Source: Clostridia bacterium
GTDB lineage: Bacteria; Bacillota; Clostridia; Christensenellales; QALW01
Direction: 5' to 3'
NCBI GenBank assembly: GCA_045652205.1
Contig: JAZRTX010000023.1
Location: 8,897-72,896, forward strand
DNA length: 64,000 nucleotides
The notes below the pieces were generated by a model. The model was not told the DNA's origin and did not search any database. It saw only the letters and a program-made list of their open reading frames with translations. Shown one piece after another: positions 57,881 to 64,000 of the stretch (the first letter of the stretch is position 1; each line of letters opens with the position of its first letter). Both the position numbers and the translations under genes were made by a program.

Positions 57881-58870
57881 TTAAAAGGAAAGAAAATCAC
57901 CTAAAACATATCCTTGAGCACCCATATAACTTACTTTATACCAGGCGCCTGCCTGCTGTAAAACAGTTACGGTTGCGTTGTTTGGTATTCTGCCGATAAT
58001 ATTTGCATTAAGATTTGGTTGCGCCCTTAAATTAAGATTACCGCCATCGGTGTTTACCCGCGCTACCCTATCACCGCTTTCCTGGCACACAAAAAGATAA
58101 TCGCCAAAGGAATAGCCTTCAATGGTGTTATACCTTATTTTTGCCCAGCCGTTATTAAGCTTTTCTAATAACAGAGCCTTTTGACCTGATGGAATCTGAC
58201 CTAAAATTTCGCTTTGTGTGTTAGGCTGAGAGCGGATATTTAGCAGACTACCGTCATTTGTTCGTATGCTTATATATGCATTATTACGGACATTACTTGC
58301 AGAATTGATATTATTACCTATCTGTGTGCAGACTTCCTTAAAGGGAAGATTAAAGTAAGTGGTTAAGCCTTTTGCAAGTGCAGAAGCTATATTTTGTATA
58401 TTGGCTTTTATCCAGGTAGCGTCTTCCAAGTTATCGTGATAGCCGATTTCCATTAAAACTGCAGGGGCTTTTGTTCTTCGCAGTTCAAAAATCGTGGTTG
58501 AAGGAACGGTATAGACAAGGTCAGGCAACGGATAGATCGGTTTAAGGGCATCAACTAAATCCTGCGCGGCGCGTTTTCCTTGGGTGCTTGTTGGGTAATA
58601 ATACCCTTGTATTCCGCGGAATTCACCTTCCCTGCCCTCAGGTGAAGCATTTGAATGAAGGGCAAGGTGCAAATCGTAATTGCCTTGGTTTGAAGTGTTT
58701 ACTGCATTTTGCAACGTGTTTGGCATTCGGGAACGTGTATAGGTTATATTGTTTACAGTTAAGTAAGGCTCTAAGGCATCGGCAAGATACCCCATAATCT
58801 GTGCTTCGTTACCTCCGTTTACATAGAGATTAAAAGGTTGCAAAGACGGTGATAAAAATATGTTTGGCAT
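57881..58870 (-). CDS. N-acetylmuramoyl-L-alanine amidase (Amidase_3) with two C-terminal SH3b domains, no signal peptide
   Basis: IFLSPSLQPFN, LHLALHSNA and VLMEIGYHDN amidase_3 motifs. Two repeats of the type LN(I/L)R(S/A)QPN...G.IP....V......W.K(I/V).Y. Confidence 0.8.
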   Translation of the reverse strand: MPNIFLSPSLQPFNLYVNGGNEAQIMGYLADALEPYLTVNNITYTRSRMPNTLQNAVNTSNQGNYDLHLALHSNASPEGREGEFRGIQGYYYPTSTQGKRAAQDLVDALKPIYPLPDLVYTVPSTTIFELRRTKAPAVLMEIGYHDNLEDATWIKANIQNIASALAKGLTTYFNLPFKEVCTQIGNNINSASNVRNNAYISIRTNDGSLLNIRSQPNTQSEILGQIPSGQKALLLEKLNNGWAKIRYNTIEGYSFGDYLFVCQESGDRVARVNTDGGNLNLRAQPNLNANIIGRIPNNATVTVLQQAGAWYKVSYMGAQGYVLGDFLSF

Positions 58871-59000
58871 AAAAAACCTCCTTTTATGGTACTATTATTT
58901 AATATGTGTAAAAAAGAAATTTTGTGATATAAAATTCTTGCTATTACGATTGAATTTATATATAATATTGCTACAATAATATTAAAAGGAGTTTTAATTT

Positions 59001-59495
59001 ATGTATAATTTTGGTGAATTTTCAAAAGCGACCCTTGAACAATTATCAGGAAAGGGCGTATTTTTTACAGTTAAAGACGGGGACAAGGTGAACACAATGA
59101 CTATCGGTTGGGGTTCATTAAGTCAATATTGGGGACAGGAAATCTTTATTGCGCCTATCCGCCATTCAAGATACACCTTTGAATTTTTAAAGAACAGTAA
59201 TGAATTTACTATCAGCGTTCCAACAAACAATCAGTTTGACGAAGCATTAAAAATTTGCGGAACGGTTTCAGGCAGAGATGAAGATAAATTTAAAAAGGCT
59301 GATTTAAAATTAAAAGATGCAAAAGAAATCAATACCCCTGTAATTGCCGGTTGCGATATTTATTATGAATGTAAGATTCTTTCTTTTACTGATTTAAAGA
59401 AAGAAGATTTAGATAAAGAAACACAGGAAAAATGGTATTCAACAGGCGATATGCACAGGCTTTATTTTGCAAAGATTGTTGCTTGTTATAAATAA
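59001..59495 (+). CDS. flavin reductase-like (FMN-binding split barrel) protein
   Basis: ~160 aa, NTMTIGWGS motif typical of the family. Confidence 0.65.
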   Translation: MYNFGEFSKATLEQLSGKGVFFTVKDGDKVNTMTIGWGSLSQYWGQEIFIAPIRHSRYTFEFLKNSNEFTISVPTNNQFDEALKICGTVSGRDEDKFKKADLKLKDAKEINTPVIAGCDIYYECKILSFTDLKKEDLDKETQEKWYSTGDMHRLYFAKIVACYK

Positions 59496-60676
59496 TGGAC
59501 AGAGTTATTTTACATTCTGACTGCAACGGCTTTTTTGCTTCCTGCGAAACCCTTTTAAACCCTAAATTAAAAGACGTTCCTATGGCAGTTTGCGGTAATC
59601 CTGAAAACAGGCACGGCATAATTTTAGCAAAAAACGAGCTTGCGAAAAAGTACGACATTAAAACTGCGGAAACAATTTATCAGGCAAAAAGAAAGTGCCC
59701 TAATTTAGTTCTTGTTCCGCCCCACCACGATTTTTACGAGGAAATATCAAAAAAGTGCAACGATATTTATAAGGATTTTACGGATATGGTTGAGCCTTTT
59801 GGTATTGACGAATCCTGGCTTGACGTAACGGGAAGCCAACGCCTTTTTGGAACAGGCATTGATATTGCCAACAAAATAAGAAACCGTTTTAAAGATGAGA
59901 TAGGCATAACCTGTTCTATCGGCGTTTCCTTTAATAAGGTTTTTGCAAAGCTTGGCAGTGATTATAAAAAGCCTGATGCGGTAACGGTAATAAATCGCGA
60001 AAATTTTAAAAGTCTTGTTTGGCCAATGAAGGTGGAAAACCTTTTATACGCAGGAAAAAGTGCCACAACAGAATTAAACAAATTAAACATTTTTACTATC
60101 GGTGATCTTGCCCAAAGTAATAAAAGCATAATCATAAAGCATCTTGGAAAATTAGGCGGTCAGCTTTACGATTACGCTTGCGGAATAGACGATTCCCCCG
60201 TTGAAGATATATATAAGGAAAATATGCCTAAATCAATTTCTAACGGGGAAACTTTCAGTAAAGACCTGATAACAGAAGACGAATTTAAAATTAACATTAT
60301 GGCGCTTGCGGACAGCCTTCATTTAAGAATGAAAAAACACAAGCTTAAATGCTCCGTTTTGCACATTCAGATAAAATATTCTGATTTTACTATTTGTTCA
60401 AGGCAAAGGCAGTTAAACGATTCAACCAATTTAATGCACGATATATTTTCCGTTTGCTACGAGCTTTTTTATGAAATCTATAACGGCAAGCCTGTGCGTG
60501 CCATAACCTTAGGCGGTTCGGGTTTAATAGACGAAAGTGATAGCTTTATGCAGTTTTCCTTTTTTGATGACGGCAAAAAAGAAAAACAGGAAAATCTTGA
60601 AAATGCCTTAGATAACATACGGGATAAATACGGTGTTGATATGGTAAACGTTGGGGCATTGATGAATAAAAAATAA
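59495..60676 (+). CDS. dinB: DNA polymerase IV (Y-family)
   Basis: ILHSDCNGFFASCE, SIDESWLDVT-like (GIDESWLDVT) and SIGVSFNKVFAKLGSD motifs. Confidence 0.9.
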   Translation: MDRVILHSDCNGFFASCETLLNPKLKDVPMAVCGNPENRHGIILAKNELAKKYDIKTAETIYQAKRKCPNLVLVPPHHDFYEEISKKCNDIYKDFTDMVEPFGIDESWLDVTGSQRLFGTGIDIANKIRNRFKDEIGITCSIGVSFNKVFAKLGSDYKKPDAVTVINRENFKSLVWPMKVENLLYAGKSATTELNKLNIFTIGDLAQSNKSIIIKHLGKLGGQLYDYACGIDDSPVEDIYKENMPKSISNGETFSKDLITEDEFKINIMALADSLHLRMKKHKLKCSVLHIQIKYSDFTICSRQRQLNDSTNLMHDIFSVCYELFYEIYNGKPVRAITLGGSGLIDESDSFMQFSFFDDGKKEKQENLENALDNIRDKYGVDMVNVGALMNKK

Positions 60677-60706
60677 AAGACGGAAAAATCTTTCCGTCTT
60701 TCTTTA
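60677..60706. terminator. bidirectional terminator between dinB and the aminotransferase gene
   Basis: AAGACGGAAA / TTTCCGTCTT stem. Confidence 0.7.
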
Positions 60707-61870
60707 TTTTAATATTCCGCTTTTATCAATAACGTCTACAATTTCTTCTAACTGTTCAGGTGGAAGAACAAGAGCAAAACGAACGTAGCCTTCACCCATT
60801 GGACCAAAGGCGGTGCCGGGGGTACAGATAACGCCTGTTTTATCAACTAATTCATTCCAGAATTCCATTGAAGAAGAAAATTTTTGGGGTATTGGCGCCC
60901 AGACGAACATTGTTCCTTTAGAATCTGGCACGTTCCAACCTATTCTTCTTAATCCACCACAAAGTGCATCACGGCGTTTTTGGTATTCTGCGCATTGTTT
61001 TAAAATTTCTGTTCTTGGTGTTTTAAGTGCTTGGATTGCGGCTTTTTGAATAGGTGTAAACATACCGAAATCATACTGGGAACGGATAACCCTTAATCCG
61101 TTTACAATATCCTTGTTGCCGATACAAAAAGATATTCTTGCGCCTGTTGTGTTAAAGGATTTGGAAAGTGAGAAAAACTCAACACCCACTTCCCTTGCAC
61201 CAGGAATACTTAAAAATGAAAAGCCTTCTAAACCATCAAAAATAATATCGCTGTATGCATTATCATTAATTATGTAAAAACCATACTTTTTGGCTTTTTC
61301 AATTAAATCAATATACATTTCCTTATTGGCAACTGCGCCACAGGGGTTTGACGGATATGAAACTATCATATACTTAACTTGTTTAAGAGTTTCTTCGCTT
61401 ATATCCGATAAATCGGGCAAGAAACCGTTTTCCTTTTTTAAGGGGTAATATATAGTTTCGCCACCTGCTAAAAGCACGCCTGCTTCAAAAACAGGATAAC
61501 CAGGATCAGGCAAAAGCGCTTTATCGCCTTCATCCAAAAGAGCCAAGCCTAAATGACCGATGCCGTCCTGTGAGCCGTTTACTGAACAGATTTCATCAGT
61601 TTCAATGTCAGTTTGATAACGGACTTTATAGTATTCTTTAACCGCCTGCAACATTTCAACAGAATCAATTAAAGAATACTTATAATTTTCAGGGTCCTTT
61701 GCTGCTTCACAAACTGTTGCACGAATATTTTCGTTTATTTTAAAATCAGGTGTACCAACGTAAAGGTTATACACCTTTTTATTTTGCTTTAATAATTCGT
61801 TCCTTTTATGCGTTAAGGAAGCAAAGATTCCCGTTTGAAAACGGTCTAATCGTTTGGATAATTTTTGCAT
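60704..61870 (-). CDS. class I/II pyridoxal-phosphate-dependent aminotransferase
   Basis: SLSKSFNTTGARISF PLP-lysine motif and NPCGAV motif. ATG 61870 follows AAGGTGG. The track ORF extends to 62014 but would overlap the divergent promoter and gene. Confidence 0.8.
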   Translation of the reverse strand: MQKLSKRLDRFQTGIFASLTHKRNELLKQNKKVYNLYVGTPDFKINENIRATVCEAAKDPENYKYSLIDSVEMLQAVKEYYKVRYQTDIETDEICSVNGSQDGIGHLGLALLDEGDKALLPDPGYPVFEAGVLLAGGETIYYPLKKENGFLPDLSDISEETLKQVKYMIVSYPSNPCGAVANKEMYIDLIEKAKKYGFYIINDNAYSDIIFDGLEGFSFLSIPGAREVGVEFFSLSKSFNTTGARISFCIGNKDIVNGLRVIRSQYDFGMFTPIQKAAIQALKTPRTEILKQCAEYQKRRDALCGGLRRIGWNVPDSKGTMFVWAPIPQKFSSSMEFWNELVDKTGVICTPGTAFGPMGEGYVRFALVLPPEQLEEIVDVIDKSGILK

Positions 61871-61928
61871 AACTGCCACCTTGTTATATTTTTTTATTAG
61901 TATATCACTTAATTTTGTTTTAAGCAAG

Positions 61929-61957
61929 TTGACATTTAATATAATAAGATTTATAAT
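61929..61957 (+). promoter_or_regulatory. sigma-A promoter of the PHP phosphatase gene
   Basis: TTGACA (61929-61934), 17 nt, TATAAT (61952-61957). Confidence 0.65.
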
Positions 61958-61986
61958 TTCTTTGGTTAAAAAAGGAAGTGAAAATA

Positions 61987-62787
61987 ATGTTCGTTGATAT
62001 GCATACACACTCAAACCACTCTACAGATTCAAAATGCCCTATGATAGATATGGTGCAGGCACAAAAAGAGATGGGTGCTAAAATTTTTGCAATAACGGAT
62101 CATTTTGATATGCCCAATTACCAAGCAAAAAAGGCTATTAAATCAATAAAATCCTGCCATAAGGAAATTGACGAACTTAAAAATAACGATATTGAAATTC
62201 TTAAAGGTATTGAATTTGGTGAAGCAAGCTGGGATTTGAAATTTGCAAACAGATTTATCAAAGGATTACAGCCTGACGTTGTTATTTGTTCAACCCACAG
62301 CGTGCTTTTTAAAAATTCTTTATTTTTACACAACACCGATTTTTCTACCTATACAAAGGAAGAAATTAACGATTATCTTCTTCTTTATTTTAAAGGGGTA
62401 CAAAAAAATCTTAAAATGGACTGCGATATTTTAGCACATTTAACCCTTCCTTTAAGATATTTTAAGGCAAAATTTGATATAGACGTTGACATCACGCTCT
62501 ACAATGAACAAATTAACTTAATTTTAGATTACATAATTAAAAACAATATTGCATTAGAAATTAACACGTCTGCTTTAAAGGCGGGCATTAAGGATTTTTT
62601 ACCTGATAAAACGATTATAAAACGTTATCTTGATATGGGTGGAAAAATGCTTACCTTAGGCTCTGATGCCCACGCAAGTGAAAATGCATCTTACGGATTT
62701 ATTAAAGCAAAAGAAATGCTGAATTCTTTAGGTGTTTTTGAAGCATATTACTTTAAAAATAGAAAGCCAATTAAATATGAATTATAA
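61987..62787 (+). CDS. PHP-domain phosphatase, HisJ (histidinol-phosphatase) family
   Basis: FVDMHTHSNHSTDS and TDHFD, and C-terminal LGSDAH motifs. ATG 61987 lies 9 nt after AAGGAAG. Confidence 0.75.
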   Translation: MFVDMHTHSNHSTDSKCPMIDMVQAQKEMGAKIFAITDHFDMPNYQAKKAIKSIKSCHKEIDELKNNDIEILKGIEFGEASWDLKFANRFIKGLQPDVVICSTHSVLFKNSLFLHNTDFSTYTKEEINDYLLLYFKGVQKNLKMDCDILAHLTLPLRYFKAKFDIDVDITLYNEQINLILDYIIKNNIALEINTSALKAGIKDFLPDKTIIKRYLDMGGKMLTLGSDAHASENASYGFIKAKEMLNSLGVFEAYYFKNRKPIKYEL

Positions 62788-62789
62788 AA

Positions 62790-62820
62790 GAAAAACCGCC
62801 TGAAAAGGCGGTTTTTTATT
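62790..62820. terminator. bidirectional terminator
   Basis: AACCGCC / GGCGGTT stem followed by TTTTTATTTT. Confidence 0.75.
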
Positions 62821-63244
62821 TTGATTCCACTATACATAAAAAAATCATAACTAATATGACGATTATCGGTATATAGTATTTGCTTATTTTTAAAAAGAAT
62901 TTATCACGTGATTTCCAAAAATCTACACCAAAAATTTCCATACTGATATGCTTATCGCGAAAGATATAAATTTGCCTTTTAAAGATAACGTCTATCCAAC
63001 ATAAGATTATTAAAAATAATGACGCTTTCCAAGCTTGCCCCATAAATTTTAACAAAACAAAAAACAATATGGTAGCAAGAATGGTACACCAAGCTTCGTT
63101 TAAAAGGTATTTAAAAAAGTATTTATTATAAACATACTTTTCTATATTACCTTCAAAATAATCTGCAAGTGTTATATCGTTTTTACATATCGGACAGGTT
63201 TGTTCATCATAAACGGTACTGCCACAACGTGAACATTTTTTCAT
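62816..63244 (-). CDS. hypothetical membrane protein with N-terminal zinc ribbon
   Basis: CSRCGS...CPIC followed by three predicted TM segments. Confidence 0.55.
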   Translation of the reverse strand: MKKCSRCGSTVYDEQTCPICKNDITLADYFEGNIEKYVYNKYFFKYLLNEAWCTILATILFFVLLKFMGQAWKASLFLIILCWIDVIFKRQIYIFRDKHISMEIFGVDFWKSRDKFFLKISKYYIPIIVILVMIFLCIVESK

Positions 63245-63252
63245 AAATTACC

Positions 63253-63882
63253 CTAGTTAAACTGTATATTGTTAATAATCTGTGCGAATTCCTGATTATG
63301 CTTACCTGTAACGTCAGTAAAAGTTACTACTATGGTTTCATTCTTCAAGAAATAAACATACTGAGTCTGTGTCATAGCAATACCGCTAGTGGTTGCTGTG
63401 TACTTCATAATAAGCGTATCAATGCCGTTAGTTTTGGTTTTTTCAAAAACTTTAAGACCTGAGAAAGATTCAAGAATCTGGCTGTAATATGATTCATACA
63501 CACTTTTCTGTTGATTATTAATACTATCTTTACCTGAAAAAGTAAGTGTAATATTGTCTGCATTCGTTGGATATTTATCAGTATAGACAATTACAATTCC
63601 ACTATTTTCGCTTGTGGTATATCCCTTAGGCAAAACTAACGTGATGCCTCTATATTTAAATTTATTGCCTGAAGGTTCAGGAGTTGGGGTTGGAGTTGGC
63701 TTTGCCGTTGGTGTTGGCGTTGCTTCAGGGGTTGGTGTTGGTGTTACGGTTACCGTTGGCGTTGCTTCAATGGTAGCAGTAGGTGTTGGTGTAGCTGAAT
63801 TTGTGCCTGTTGGTTCTTCGCAAGCAACAAAACAACAAGAAATTGTTAAGATAAGAACTAATAAAAGTGCAAATTTTTTCAT
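63253..63882 (-). CDS. hypothetical lipoprotein with a long Pro/Thr linker
   Basis: Lipobox FVAC, about 45 aa of (T/A)P(T/E) repeats, then a globular ~140-aa domain. Confidence 0.6.
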   Translation of the reverse strand: MKKFALLLVLILTISCCFVACEEPTGTNSATPTPTATIEATPTVTVTPTPTPEATPTPTAKPTPTPTPEPSGNKFKYRGITLVLPKGYTTSENSGIVIVYTDKYPTNADNITLTFSGKDSINNQQKSVYESYYSQILESFSGLKVFEKTKTNGIDTLIMKYTATTSGIAMTQTQYVYFLKNETIVVTFTDVTGKHNQEFAQIINNIQFN

Positions 63883-63902
63883 AATGTTTCTCCTTTAATA
63901 TA

Positions 63903-63927
63903 AAGGGCGGAGTAATCCGCCCTTAAA
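63903..63927. terminator. intrinsic terminator
   Basis: AAGGGCGGA / TCCGCCCTT stem. Confidence 0.7.
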
Positions 63928-63930
63928 AAT

Positions 63931-64000
63931 TATTTACCTAAGCAAGCTTTTTTAAAGGTTTCGTAGGCTTCATCCCAGCCCTTATCACCTGATGGTGTAT
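63931..64000 (-). CDS. 3' end of an unidentified gene (…TPSGDKGWDEAYETFKKACLGK*)
   Basis: Open frame on the minus strand ends in TAA at 63931-63933, immediately followed by a terminator. Too short to name. Confidence 0.4.

Noticed and set aside
61871-62014. Long N-terminal extensions in the track ORFs (aminotransferase to 62014, rfbC to 51561, upp to 14486, tspO to 40523, birA to 48246, ABC to 35676, comF to 17109, PHP to 61978)
   Set aside because: Internal ATGs preceded by good SD sequences give N-termini that match the family starts. The extensions overlap promoters or neighbouring genes.
63614-63898. Plus-strand ORF encoding a GVGVGV-rich 94-aa product
   Set aside because: It is the mirror image of the Pro/Thr (ACNCCN) linker of the minus-strand lipoprotein gene 63253-63882, so it is a repeat-induced artefact.
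1-64000. Scan for CRISPR arrays, tRNA/rRNA genes, IS elements, integrases, prophage or toxin-antitoxin/defence modules
   Set aside because: Every intergenic gap over 100 nt is accounted for by promoters, terminators, the TPP riboswitch, the trpB leader or the 37-codon gene. No spaced direct repeats, cloverleaf-like sequences or transposase, recombinase or nuclease-helicase type ORFs were seen by eye. A covariance-model scan (tRNAscan-SE/Infernal) would be needed to exclude small RNAs.

Overview
AT-rich, densely packed chromosomal segment that looks like a low-GC Firmicutes/Clostridia spore-former (spoIID, a CwlC-like amidase and a Cys-rich coat-like protein are present). I count about 58 protein genes. 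Most are housekeeping: upp, rdgB, rng, tsaC/sua5, rlmH, tadA, apgM, fba, type III glutamine synthetase, birA, mrp, rfbCBD, trpB and dinB. Carbohydrate-active genes are interspersed among them:
- the 5' 5.6 kb of a giant cyclic beta-1,2-glucan-synthase-like gene that runs off the left edge
- an AraC-controlled 2087-aa secreted GH78 rhamnosidase with three FIVAR/discoidin modules
- a SASA-type esterase
- two tandem GH140-like paralogs

One clear riboswitch (TPP) precedes a ThiT-type transporter. I saw no rRNA, tRNA, CRISPR array, transposase, integrase, phage gene or recognisable defence system, so this reads as core genome rather than an island. No obviously novel system stands out. The most interesting candidates are:
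1. An unlisted stand-alone 37-codon gene with its own promoter, SD and terminator (54070-54183).
2. An operon coupling a two-subunit aconitase-X-type dehydratase to an enoate-reductase-like flavoprotein (42777-46581).
3. A 222-aa protein with 19 cysteines behind a sigma-K-like promoter (57134-57880).
4. A structured leader with a terminator and a Trp-containing mini-ORF upstream of an orphan trpB.
5. A four-gene translationally coupled block: radical SAM, DUF2344, RNase G, TsaC.

All product calls rest on motifs and family resemblance read by eye. No database search was run.
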